Below, piece after piece: positions 8,984-19,600 of a stretch of 64,000 bases of DNA. Each line of letters begins with the position of its first letter. Position 1 is the stretch's first letter. The stretch is from an uncultured Methanosarcinales archaeon (GTDB taxonomy: Archaea > Nanobdellota > Nanobdellia > Woesearchaeales > GW2011-AR15). The position numbers and the translations under genes were made by a program. Location: NCBI GenBank assembly GCA_964392465.1, contig CAYMPC010000002.1, positions 14,993-78,992 on the forward strand, in the 5' to 3' direction. Below the pieces are notes generated by a model. It saw nothing but the letters and a program-made list of their open reading frames with translations. It searched no databases and was not told where the DNA came from.

Positions 8984-10870
8984 TTAATTCTTTGAAGTAA
9001 AAAACTCCTTAATCAACCTCTTATAATCTGTGCTTACAACCATTTCCCAGTCTTCAGGGAAGCATCTCTTGTAGTTATTCCATACGTATCTCTCGTCTAA
9101 AAATATAATAACGCCTCTGTCTGTCTCTGATCGTATGCATCTGCCTGCATTCTGGAGTGTTTTGTTAAAAGCAGGGAATAAATAGCCGTAATCCCATCCT
9201 TTTTTGTATTTTTTGTCAAAGTAGTCTATCAATGATTTTGTCTCTAAATCAGGTGAGTTTAAAGGTAATCCTACAACAATGACACCTTTAAGATAATCTC
9301 CAGGCAAATCTATCCCTTCTCCAAAACTACCTGAGGCAACAGCAAGTAAAACAGCACCAGTTTCTTTATAATTCTTGAAATTTTCAAGAAATTCCTGTTT
9401 TTCAGCTTTATTCATGCTATTTCTCTCTGAAAAGACAGTCTTGTTTGTTTTTGTTTCAAAAAATCTTGAAATTTGATCTCTTAAAAAGTAGCTTGGAAAA
9501 AAAGCAGCTGAATTTCCAGGAATCTCATTTACAATTTCAGCTAATACCTCTGCTATTTTTTTATATTGCTCTTGGTTTCTTGCTTCATATTTTGTTGTTG
9601 TTTTTGGAATAATAAGATTAAGCCTATTATTTTTTGGGAAAGGATCTTTGAAAACAACTTCCTGGCTTCTTTCAATCCCTAAAAGCTCTTTATACATTGC
9701 AGTAGGAAGCAATGTTCCAGACATCAATATTGTAGAATGTGTTTTATTAATAATATCTTTACAGACAACACTTGGGTCAAGGCATCTATATGACAAAATA
9801 GTATAAGGCTCTTTTAACCCTTCTTTCATAGATAATATTCTTACAAAACCTTCTTCTTTTCCCTGCCACATTTTTAGAAATCTGGCTATTGAGCCTACAT
9901 AAGATTGTTTCTGAAGCTCTCTTACAGATTCTCCTATATAATTAAGATCTTCTATCAGCTGTTCATAATCATGTTTTTCAGATAAAGGCATTTCAAAGTC
10001 TTCTCTTTTGATTATTTTTTCTCCATTAACTTTCAAGTCTTCTGTTAAATCATTTAATATGTGCATTACATCCATTAAAGACTCTATAGTTGATTCATAC
10101 CCTAGTCTTTTTGCTTCTTTGATTGCTCTCCTTATTACTGTGCTTGAAAGAAATTCTGATGCTAATTCTTTTAACCTAGATGGAAGATTATGAGCCTCAT
10201 CAACAATTACAACTAATTTTTCAGGCTCTTTGTTTATTTTTTGCAGGAAATTATCTCCAATATCAGGATGAAACAAATAATAATAATCACTAATTATCAC
10301 CTTTGAATTCTTTGCAATTCCCAATGACATTTCATAAGGGCACATTTTATCTCTCTGTGAAAGATTAATTACCTCTTCTGTTGTTAAAGGATATTTTTCC
10401 ATATCTTTTAATAAGGCAGAAGCAGCCATCGTAAATTTAGCTTGTGTCTTTCTAGTATTATTATAGAATTCGCATTTCTTTTCTTCTCTCATCTTTCTGC
10501 AATAAGTTATAAAATCAGAACTATACATAGTTTCTATTCCTGGGATAAGGCACATCCATTTTTTTCCTATTATTGAAGTGCAAGTGAAATCATTGCCATA
10601 AAGACCTTTTATCTCCTTTAATGTGTCAATAGCAATCTTATGTTGAGTATGTCTTGATGTTAGAAAAAGAACTGTCAAATCTTTTTCAATAGCCTTTGCC
10701 AAAGCAGGGCCTAAGGTTGCAACTGTTTTACCAAGTCCAGTTGGAGCATGGATAATCATATTTTTCTTATTTTCAATAGCAGCCTCAACCAAAAGAAGCA
10801 TTTTATTTTGCTCCTCTCTAACTTTAAGGAAAGGGAACAATAATTTTTTTTTGTGGTCTTCAGAAATCAT
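8984..10870 (-). CDS. XPD/Rad3-family 5'-3' DNA helicase with Fe-S domain
   Basis: APTGLGKT Walker A; DEAHN DEAH box; four cysteines (C..C..C..C) in the inserted Fe-S domain; 628 aa. Confidence 0.85.
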   Translation of the reverse strand: MISEDHKKKLLFPFLKVREEQNKMLLLVEAAIENKKNMIIHAPTGLGKTVATLGPALAKAIEKDLTVLFLTSRHTQHKIAIDTLKEIKGLYGNDFTCTSIIGKKWMCLIPGIETMYSSDFITYCRKMREEKKCEFYNNTRKTQAKFTMAASALLKDMEKYPLTTEEVINLSQRDKMCPYEMSLGIAKNSKVIISDYYYLFHPDIGDNFLQKINKEPEKLVVIVDEAHNLPSRLKELASEFLSSTVIRRAIKEAKRLGYESTIESLMDVMHILNDLTEDLKVNGEKIIKREDFEMPLSEKHDYEQLIEDLNYIGESVRELQKQSYVGSIARFLKMWQGKEEGFVRILSMKEGLKEPYTILSYRCLDPSVVCKDIINKTHSTILMSGTLLPTAMYKELLGIERSQEVVFKDPFPKNNRLNLIIPKTTTKYEARNQEQYKKIAEVLAEIVNEIPGNSAAFFPSYFLRDQISRFFETKTNKTVFSERNSMNKAEKQEFLENFKNYKETGAVLLAVASGSFGEGIDLPGDYLKGVIVVGLPLNSPDLETKSLIDYFDKKYKKGWDYGYLFPAFNKTLQNAGRCIRSETDRGVIIFLDERYVWNNYKRCFPEDWEMVVSTDYKRLIKEFFTSKN

Positions 10871-10929
10871 TATTCTTAAAATTAATCCCTGTTTTATAAA
10901 GTTAGTGGAAAAGAAAAAAAGAATAGGAC

Positions 10930-11223
10930 TTAAACTTGTTTTCCGAAAATATTCTGGTATAATGAAGCATAAATAGAAGGCTCATCATCTCCTCTATCAA
11001 TATGATAATTCAAAGAAGTGGCACAATTTATTCCTGCCAATCCTTCCAAAGTGCTATCACATCCTTTATGTGTTGGATGTATTTGTCCGCTTCTAATAAG
11101 ATTCAAAATTCTAACTGTATGATCTATTGTGACATAAGGAGGAGCATTTATTCTCTTTAGTTCTTCAATTAAAATTTTATTTTCAGGTATATCTGTTCTA
11201 TCATCAAGATTAATTTTATTCAT
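10930..11223 (-). CDS. hypothetical protein
   Basis: 97-aa ORF; no confident family. Confidence 0.35.
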   Translation of the reverse strand: MNKINLDDRTDIPENKILIEELKRINAPPYVTIDHTVRILNLIRSGQIHPTHKGCDSTLEGLAGINCATSLNYHIDRGDDEPSIYASLYQNIFGKQV

Positions 11224-11323
11224 TAAGATGAGTAATTATTTTATTATTATATAAATTTTACTATCATTTAGTAATTACATAATTATAACAAACAATATTA
11301 ATTAGTTCTATTACCTAAAAAGC

Positions 11324-11740
11324 ATGACAAATGAAACATCTGCAGGCATAGTTGTATATTTTCAAAAACCCTTAAAGTATTTGCTTCTGCACTATGGAGA
11401 GGGTCATTGGGATTTTCCAAAAGGCCATGTTGAGATAGGAGAAAGACATGAACAGGCAGCAATGAGAGAGACAAAAGAAGAGACAGGCTTAATTGTTAAT
11501 GTTAATCCAGAATTCAAAGAAATGGTCTCTTATTCGTTTAAGGGAAAATATAATGAATTAATTAACAAAAAAGTATATTTTTATGTGGGAGAAGCATTAT
11601 CTAAAGACGTTGTCATATCTAATGAGCATGTAGGATATGTTTGGATGTCGTATGAAAACGCATTGAAACGACTGACTTATGAGAATGCAAGAGAAATTTT
11701 GAAAAAAGCTAATGAGTTTTTGATGGATAGAACAAAATAA
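11324..11740 (+). CDS. NUDIX hydrolase (Ap4A-hydrolase-like)
   Basis: Nudix box GHVEIGERHEQAAMRETKEETGL (GX5EX7REUXEEXGU). Confidence 0.85.
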   Translation: MTNETSAGIVVYFQKPLKYLLLHYGEGHWDFPKGHVEIGERHEQAAMRETKEETGLIVNVNPEFKEMVSYSFKGKYNELINKKVYFYVGEALSKDVVISNEHVGYVWMSYENALKRLTYENAREILKKANEFLMDRTK

Positions 11741-11749
11741 ACTAAATTG

Positions 11750-12865
11750 TTATTTTCTCTTTAACTCAACAACAGCCTCTACATGAGGTGTCTGCGGGAA
11801 TAGATCAAAAACAGCCACACTTTTAATATCAAATTCTTTGAATTTCTGCAGGTCTTTTCCTAATTGTTTTGGATTGCAGGATATATATATTATTACTTCA
11901 GGCTTGAGCTCTTTTAATCTTATTATTGCTTTCTGCTCCATTCCAGATCTTGGTGGGTCTGTTATAACATAAAGAGGTTGTTTTAATTGCGCTTTGTATA
12001 CTTGTTTAGCATCTAAGACAAAGGCTTTTGTATTTTTTATCTGATTCAGCTCAATGTTTTTATTAGCAGCATCAATAGAGCCTTTGAAACTTTCAATTAT
12101 TGTTGCCTCTTTGAATAAATCAGAATTTACAATTCCAAAAGTGCCGACACCTCCATATACATCAAGAAGATAAGCGTCTTTTGTATTGTATTGCTTCAAT
12201 AGATTATTAGTATAGGCAATCATCTTCTCTGCCATCTCAGAATTGTTCTGGAAAAAACCCTGGATAGAATAATTGAATTTTTTGCCTAAAAAAGTCTCGC
12301 TCAGGAAATCATTGCCCTTTACAATAAAATAATTAATAGAAGTGCTAACTTCACTTCCAGGAAGGACATAAGTTACAGCAACATTATTTGCTGTTGTGAT
12401 TTTTGAAAATTCTTTTATCTTATCAATAGCTTCTGTAAGCCTTGTTGATTTCTCGCTCAAGACAAAAGATATAGAAGAATCATTCTGAGGAGCTCTTATG
12501 ACAACTTGCTTGAATGTTCCTGTCTGTTTTTTAAGATCATAAGCATCAATTTCTGCAACCTCAACAAAAAACTGCCTGATCTCTTTCATAATCAAATTAA
12601 TCCTTTCATTAGCAATAGCACATTGCTCAATATCTATTATGCTATACCACTTATCTTTTTCTCTTAACCCAATCCCTTTTGGATGAAAAATAAAATCCAT
12701 CCTGTTCCTGTAATAATATTCTTTTCCTGAAAAAACTTTGATATCCTCATATTCTGTATTGTGCTTCACGACATTTTTTTTATTATCCAGCTGCATAGAA
12801 TAATCAATATGCTGGGCAGAGCACCCTCCGCATTTCCTGAAATAAGGGCATAATGGAGTTGACAT
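11750..12865 (-). CDS. RNA (uracil-C5)-methyltransferase, TrmA/RumA family (archaeal tRNA m5U54-type)
   Basis: N-terminal CPYFRKCGGC Fe-S cysteines, SAM-methyltransferase core, DPPRSGM motif. Confidence 0.85.
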   Translation of the reverse strand: MSTPLCPYFRKCGGCSAQHIDYSMQLDNKKNVVKHNTEYEDIKVFSGKEYYYRNRMDFIFHPKGIGLREKDKWYSIIDIEQCAIANERINLIMKEIRQFFVEVAEIDAYDLKKQTGTFKQVVIRAPQNDSSISFVLSEKSTRLTEAIDKIKEFSKITTANNVAVTYVLPGSEVSTSINYFIVKGNDFLSETFLGKKFNYSIQGFFQNNSEMAEKMIAYTNNLLKQYNTKDAYLLDVYGGVGTFGIVNSDLFKEATIIESFKGSIDAANKNIELNQIKNTKAFVLDAKQVYKAQLKQPLYVITDPPRSGMEQKAIIRLKELKPEVIIYISCNPKQLGKDLQKFKEFDIKSVAVFDLFPQTPHVEAVVELKRK

Positions 12866-13102
12866 AGATGGTTGGATATGGGCTTTCTTTTTATTTATAT
12901 CGTGTGTTTTTTACTCTTTCGAGTATACAAACCTTTATAAAATCATACACATATCATACATCTAGTATACAATTAACCTACACCGAAACATTTATATACT
13001 ACATCTATCCAGTATTTATCATACAAATATCATATATGATACAAAAACAGCCTTAGTATACAAAAATATACTAATGATTAATGGACCGGACCATAAGAGC
13101 AG

Positions 13103-13258
13103 ATGAAGCAAAAAGTAGCAGTAGTGAATGTTAGATTGCCTGAGGAGATTATTTCTTGGATAGATTCTCTTGTAGATAATAAAATATATAATTCTAGATC
13201 AGAGGCAGTAAGAGAATTCTCAAGAGACTATGTGTTAAAACAAAGAGGAGGGAGATAG
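13103..13258 (+). CDS. ribbon-helix-helix (CopG/Arc-like) DNA-binding protein
   Basis: Below the ORF-track cutoff. Translation MKQKVAVVNVRLPEEIISWIDSLVDNKIYNSRSEAVREFSRDYVLKQRGGR shows a beta-strand followed by two helices. Confidence 0.55.
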   Translation: MKQKVAVVNVRLPEEIISWIDSLVDNKIYNSRSEAVREFSRDYVLKQRGGR

Positions 13259-13521
13259 TGCCAGATCAAATTGTTTCTGTAAGGATGCCCGTAACTTTGA
13301 TTAATGAGTTAAAAGAGCTGGCAGAAAAAAACCATTTCCTTGATGTCAGCGAGGAAGTCCGTTCTTTACTGAGAGAAAAATGGCAGGAGCATAAAGATCC
13401 TTATGCAATGAAACTTCTGGCTATAAAGGAAAGTGTTGCAAAAACAGCTGTTCCAGAGAAAATAAAGATGCTAAAAGATGATTTGAAAAGATTATTGGAG
13501 GAGTTAAATGGTCTTCAATAA
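13258..13521 (+). CDS. ribbon-helix-helix-like protein with C-terminal coiled coil
   Basis: GTG start overlapping the previous stop. VSVRMPVTLINELKELAEKNHFLDVSEEVRSLLRE; overlaps the next gene by 14 nt. Confidence 0.5.
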   Translation: MPDQIVSVRMPVTLINELKELAEKNHFLDVSEEVRSLLREKWQEHKDPYAMKLLAIKESVAKTAVPEKIKMLKDDLKRLLEELNGLQ

Positions 13522-16500
13522 TCATAAAAGAATAATATCTTGGACTATTTTGATACTTATAATTGTATTTGGATTAGTCTTTTCTAGAATACATATTATT
13601 GTAAATGCAGAGGAAAATCTTACCTCATTAAATCTATCTGAAAACACAACTCAAAATACAACAGATGAAATAAGTCAAAATATAACCGCAAACATTACAA
13701 CAAACACATCAGAAGAAATTTCAATAATAAATTCCTCTTTAATAATATTAGATAGCAGCAATTACAAAGAAATTTATGAAAACGAATCTGTAAATTTTTA
13801 TGCAAATTATACATATGAAAACGGAACAATAGAAGGAAGATGTATAATAGATATTCTCCAAACACAAGAAGAGATGATTTACAATTCAACAAGTAAATTA
13901 TATAATTATACAAAAATTTTCTTACAATCAGGCAATTATTCCTATGAAATAAATTGTTCAAAAGAGGGCTTCACAAATCAAAGTGAAACATCAACAATAC
14001 AGATTTTACCTATTTTAATTAATTCAACAAATAATACTATTATAGATAATGATAATGATGGTTATTCTAATATTACAGATTGCAATGACAATAATCCTAA
14101 TATTAATCCTGGAAAAAAAGAAATACTTTATAATGGGCTAGATGATGATTGCAACCCTTCAACATTAGATTACCTTATTTTCAACGTTAATACAGATAAA
14201 CAAGTATACTCAACAACAGAGACAGTAAGAATAAGTATAGAGGCGCAAAATAATTCAGATACATATATTACTATAAACACACCTACAAACGTATCCTATA
14301 TCTATATCTTCTCAAATGGAAGCTATCCTGTAACTCAGGAATTTTCATTAACAGGATTAGCTGGGACATATGGTGTTGAAGCAATAAATTACTATGAGAA
14401 TTATACTAATCAAAAAAATATACCCTTTACAGTACAAAGTTCAATGAATGTAGAAATTGAGACAAATGTTTCTGAAGTATATGAAAAAGAAAGAATCCAT
14501 TTCAAAGCAGTTGTAACAGGTGCAACAGGAAACGTGAACCTTATTTGGAAAATGGATGATAATAAAGAGATTTATCAAAGTGAATTTGACTATAATTATA
14601 GTAATGCCAGAGAATATAATGTTGTTCTATTAGCCACTGATCAGGGAGGCAACCAAGTAATTAAAACAAAAAAGATACTAGTAAATAAACAATATTTCCT
14701 AAAAGTAAAAGTAGTTGATAACTCTACAAATGAGATTCTACCGAATGCAACAGTAAAATTAGATTCAATATCACAAAAAGTAAATTCAACAGGAGAAGTA
14801 GAATACAAAATAACAAATAATACATATGAACTTAGAGTTTCATCAGATAATTATTATTCTTATCAGGAAGACATAAAAATAAATAACTCTCTAATATTTA
14901 CAGTTAAGTTAGTAAAAAGAGAAGAGGAAGTCTCACCTATTATTAGTATAATCTCTCCTCAAAATAATACAAAATCTTCAAAGCCAGAATTCAAATTCAC
15001 GTTTGAGGATGATGGATATGCAGATTGCAGTCTGTATATATCTAAAGAAGGAGATTGGTGGGAAGAGATTGATGCAAATGAAGAATTATCTCCTAATATA
15101 GAATACTATTTCAACCCAAGTTTAGAGAATATATCTTATTATTGGAAAATCAAATGTATAGATGAAGATGGCAATGTCGAATACAGCCCACAATATTTTG
15201 TTGATATCTCAGCTAACGAACAAAATGTAATTATGCAGGATAACCAGGAAGAAGTAGAAACAACATATAACGTTATTCAAAACGTCTATAATGTAATTCC
15301 TGACTTCGAAACATATTCTCCAGATGAAAAAAAGATAGTTGATTATCTAAAAATGGATGCATTGATTAAAGATGCAAAAAGAAAACTGGAGATGGCTAAC
15401 AGGGATTTATTTAATCTAAAAAATCAGCCAGATACAGATTCAGTCATAAAAACAAGAGATGAAATTTATGCCAGAATTGAAACTATAAAAGATGAAACTC
15501 CTCTATCTGTAAGCTCAAAAAAGAAGGTTGATTTTGTCAAATATATTGAAGATTCGGAAGTTGAATCCCTCTTTAATGAATATCTTACTCTAAATAACAT
15601 TCAATTAAGCAATAGTGAAAAAAAGAAGCTTGTTGAGCAAAATAAAATCCTGCAGAAAAAAGCAACAATAGCCACAACAGCATACAATGTTGAAATAACT
15701 TATATTTCAGGAAGAAAAGAAGAAATTACTTTAATTGTAAGAAAAACAGACATTGATTCTGCTCAGGGAATCATGTATGCTGAATTTATACCAAAAGATA
15801 TTGTTGATACTGTTAATAAAATTGTCTTTGTAACTCAGCCAGATAAAATCTTAAAAGAAGATCCAGTATTTGAAGTTGAATTAACCAAGTTTACAGAAAT
15901 AGTTTATTATATTAAAAATTCTGTTTCATTGGATATTATTCCTAAAATAAAGCCAATATTAATAAAAACACAACTTGAAACTTCTTCAAATAGCATAACA
16001 GGATTTGCGTTATTTGACACACTAGGATTTTCAGAATCTAATAAAAAAATATTCATTATAGAACTATTTGTTGTTTTCATTTTATTAGGGATTTATCTTT
16101 TCTATTACTTTAAATCTTCTAATTATGAAATAATTGCTCCAGTTATTACAAAAATAACTAAAGAAGAAAGCAAACAAGCTATACAAAGTAAAATAACTTT
16201 TTCAAAAATAGGAACAACTGCAGAAGAGAGTCATAAAATACAATATATAAATAACGTAATTCAAAAAGCAGAGAATAACTTAAAACACAACAAGATAGAA
16301 GCAGCAGCAGTCAAATATTATGAATTGAAATTTTTATATGACTTACTTAGTGAGAATGATAAACTCTTTTTGTTTGATAATCTAATGTCTCTATCTGATA
16401 AAATTAATTATGCAAATATCAACAAATTGCTTGATGAGGCAATAATCTTCCTCGCAATAGGAAATTATGACTCTTCAATAGACTTATACGAAGAAATACA

Positions 16501-16603
16501 AAAAGAATATGCGAAACTATCTGATTATTATCAAGAGAAAATATATGCAAGATGTTGCGAATTGGCATTGCATCTTCAGATGAAACAGGAAAAAAATGGC
16601 TAA
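13508..16603 (+). CDS. large type-I membrane surface glycoprotein (1031 aa) with MopE-like metal-binding motif
   Basis: N-terminal signal/TM; dense N-x-S/T sequons; DNDNDGYSNITDCNDNNPNINPGKKEILYNGLDDDCN motif; C-terminal TM (FIIELFVVFILLGIYLFYYF) plus cytoplasmic helical tail. Confidence 0.7.
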   Translation: MVFNNHKRIISWTILILIIVFGLVFSRIHIIVNAEENLTSLNLSENTTQNTTDEISQNITANITTNTSEEISIINSSLIILDSSNYKEIYENESVNFYANYTYENGTIEGRCIIDILQTQEEMIYNSTSKLYNYTKIFLQSGNYSYEINCSKEGFTNQSETSTIQILPILINSTNNTIIDNDNDGYSNITDCNDNNPNINPGKKEILYNGLDDDCNPSTLDYLIFNVNTDKQVYSTTETVRISIEAQNNSDTYITINTPTNVSYIYIFSNGSYPVTQEFSLTGLAGTYGVEAINYYENYTNQKNIPFTVQSSMNVEIETNVSEVYEKERIHFKAVVTGATGNVNLIWKMDDNKEIYQSEFDYNYSNAREYNVVLLATDQGGNQVIKTKKILVNKQYFLKVKVVDNSTNEILPNATVKLDSISQKVNSTGEVEYKITNNTYELRVSSDNYYSYQEDIKINNSLIFTVKLVKREEEVSPIISIISPQNNTKSSKPEFKFTFEDDGYADCSLYISKEGDWWEEIDANEELSPNIEYYFNPSLENISYYWKIKCIDEDGNVEYSPQYFVDISANEQNVIMQDNQEEVETTYNVIQNVYNVIPDFETYSPDEKKIVDYLKMDALIKDAKRKLEMANRDLFNLKNQPDTDSVIKTRDEIYARIETIKDETPLSVSSKKKVDFVKYIEDSEVESLFNEYLTLNNIQLSNSEKKKLVEQNKILQKKATIATTAYNVEITYISGRKEEITLIVRKTDIDSAQGIMYAEFIPKDIVDTVNKIVFVTQPDKILKEDPVFEVELTKFTEIVYYIKNSVSLDIIPKIKPILIKTQLETSSNSITGFALFDTLGFSESNKKIFIIELFVVFILLGIYLFYYFKSSNYEIIAPVITKITKEESKQAIQSKITFSKIGTTAEESHKIQYINNVIQKAENNLKHNKIEAAAVKYYELKFLYDLLSENDKLFLFDNLMSLSDKINYANINKLLDEAIIFLAIGNYDSSIDLYEEIQKEYAKLSDYYQEKIYARCCELALHLQMKQEKNG

Positions 16604-19600
16604 AGAAAAAAGCAATCGCGCTTTAAAAATAAGAAAATTTGGATTTAAATTAGATATAGATACAGTACTATTAAATCTATTTATAGTCTTGCTTTTGATT
16701 ATTTCTATCCTTTCTCTTGTTATTTTAAGGGATTATATAGGTTATGCTGTAGGATCTCATCAGGCAAAAGGAGGAACAATAACAGAATTGAATGTATATC
16801 AAGTATATCCTGCAAGCATATGGAATGCAGTTTATGGGATTGCTCTCCAGGCTCCAATATACAATTCATCATGGTATATATATGCAACACCAGCAGGGAT
16901 GTCAGAAATTAATCCTATTTTCAATTGTTTTGAACCAGGAAGAGAACACGAATTATACCTCACAACTTTAAATTCATCAGAGATAGTATGGGAAAACATC
17001 ACAGCCGGAACAACTCAGTTGCTGGATGATTATGTTTCTATTTCTAATAGTGAGGCAGTTTCTTCTACACAGACATTCACAAGTACAATCTCAGTAGAGA
17101 TAGGAAGCAGGGTAATCTCAAATGTTCCTGCAGCATATATGCGGCAATATGGAGTTTCAGGAAGCAATGAATTCCCAGTTGGAATATTGCAATATAATGA
17201 AACAATAATAATGGTGGCGATTATAAATGATGATTATCTTACGGGTTACAGACCAGACAAGATATTTAATTTTGAAATGTTCGTTCCTGTTCCTGCAAAC
17301 ACAAGTACCTTAAGATATAATATTTATACAGATCCATTTGATGTATGCCCACAAGGAGAAGAGGGAGAAAGAAAAAACCCAGGAAGCGTTTATGGATGGG
17401 TCAAAGAAAATCAGACAAGCGCCCTTTTAGAAAATGCACTTATTGCAGTAGGCACTAAAATTTATATAACTGGCGCAGATGGATTTTATAATATAACAGA
17501 TTTGCAGCCTGGAGATTATTATATTGTTGCAATAAAAACAGGATTCAATAATTATGTTGGAAATATTACTATTCCTGAAAATGCGTCTCTAGAATATAAT
17601 ATCACAATGGAATTATATCAGGAACCATTAACTGGAACAGGTCCAGGTATTGGAACAGGAATTGACGATCCTGGGACAGAGACAAAGACAGGAGAAGGAC
17701 CTGGAATAGGGCCTGGAATAGGACCTGGCATTGGACCATATATAGAAAAACCTCAAGAATTAGGTATAGATCATTGGGTTTCCTTAGATAAATTGCATAA
17801 AAAAATAAGGATTGGAAACTTTTTTACAGAACATCTCTTAATTTTCAGTTTTAGAAAAGATGTTGCAAGAGTTCAATTAAGGATTACAGGAAATGCATCA
17901 CAAGTATTAGAATTAGGAGAGAATTCAGTTACAATAGAGCAAAACAAATATGCAAATGTGACAATAAGAGGATTTGGAATAGAAAAAGGAACATATATAG
18001 GAATGCTTGAGCTTTCAGGAGACTTTAATGATACTTTGCCTATAGAGATTATAGTTTCAGATGAGGATAAGCTACCAATTGAGGCTCTTCTGATACAGTT
18101 GGATGTTCTTACATCAAGACCACTTCCTGGAAATAAATTCAAATTTAGGGTGAACTTACAGAACTTGCTTATAGAAGATAGTTATGAGGTAAGGCTCGAT
18201 TATTATATAAGGGGAGTAGAAGCAGATACAGCTAATTATACTATGTATTTGGGAAATGACACAGTAACATTGAGGACGAGTCAATCTATTATAAAAGAAA
18301 CACTTATACCACCTGAATGGGCAAAGGGAGAATATTATTTGATAGTAGAAGCTAATTATTTTGATACCTATTCAAGAACAGCTACTATCTTTGAAATTTT
18401 CGAGCCTATTCATAAATATAAAGTATTTGGAGCAGTTGAATTATGGAAAATTCTATTGGGACTTTCTATTTTAGCATTTTTAGTAGGTTTGCTAATTTAT
18501 ATAAGGCACAGAATCTCAGCTCAAAAAAGATTCCATGCAAAAATTGAATATAACTTACTTCCTAAAAAAGGCCCAAGGTCTTTATATGTTGGAAAAATTG
18601 CAGAAACAGAAAACGACACATATTTTGACATGGACAAATTGACTGTACACACAATCATTGCAGGATCAACAGGAGGAGGTAAATCTATTTCCGCGCAGGT
18701 CATAATCGAAGAATGCTTATTAAAAGGGGTTGGTGTTGTCGTATTTGATCCTACAGCGCAATGGTCCGGAATGCTTAGAAAATGCGCAGATGAAAAAATG
18801 TTTAACTTTTATCCAAGATTCCATCTGACAAAAAAAGATGCTAAAGCATTTAATGGAAACATCAGAGCAATAAAAAACCCAAGGGAAAGAATTGATTTGA
18901 TGAAATATTGGAAACCAGGAGAAATACAAGTATTTACAACAAGCACATTAGATCCTAAGGAAATGGATATCTTTGTTGCAAACACAGTCAGAGAAATTTT
19001 TCATTCAAATTTACAGGAATTTCGTGGATTAAGGATGATGATGGTCTACGATGAAGTTCACAGACTTCTTCCTAAATTCGGAGGAAGTGGAGAAGGATTT
19101 ATTCAAATAGAAAGAGCATGCAGAGAGTTCAGAAAATGGGGAATAGGTGTCATGCTAGTATCTCAGGTATTGGCAGACTTCGTTGGGCAGATTAAAGCTA
19201 ACATCAACACAGAAATCCAGATGAAGACAAGAGATGAAGGAGATCTGCAGAGAATTGAAACAAAATATGGAAAGAGCTATATTCAGGAATTGGTCAAAGC
19301 GCCAGTAGGATCTGGAATGATTCAAAATTCAGATTGGAACAGAGGTAAGCCATATTATATTACTTTCAGGCCAATTTTGCACAGTGTTGTGAGACTGACA
19401 GATCAAGAACTTGAGCAATATAACAAATATAATGAAATTGTTGACGATTTATCTTATCAATTAGAACAGTTAGAACAAGAAGGCAAGGATATATTTGATT
19501 TGAAATTAGAATTAAAACTATCACTCGATAAAATAAAATCTGGAAGTTTTAATATGGTTGAAATCTATTTAGAAGGATTAAAGCCGAGAATAGAAAAAAT

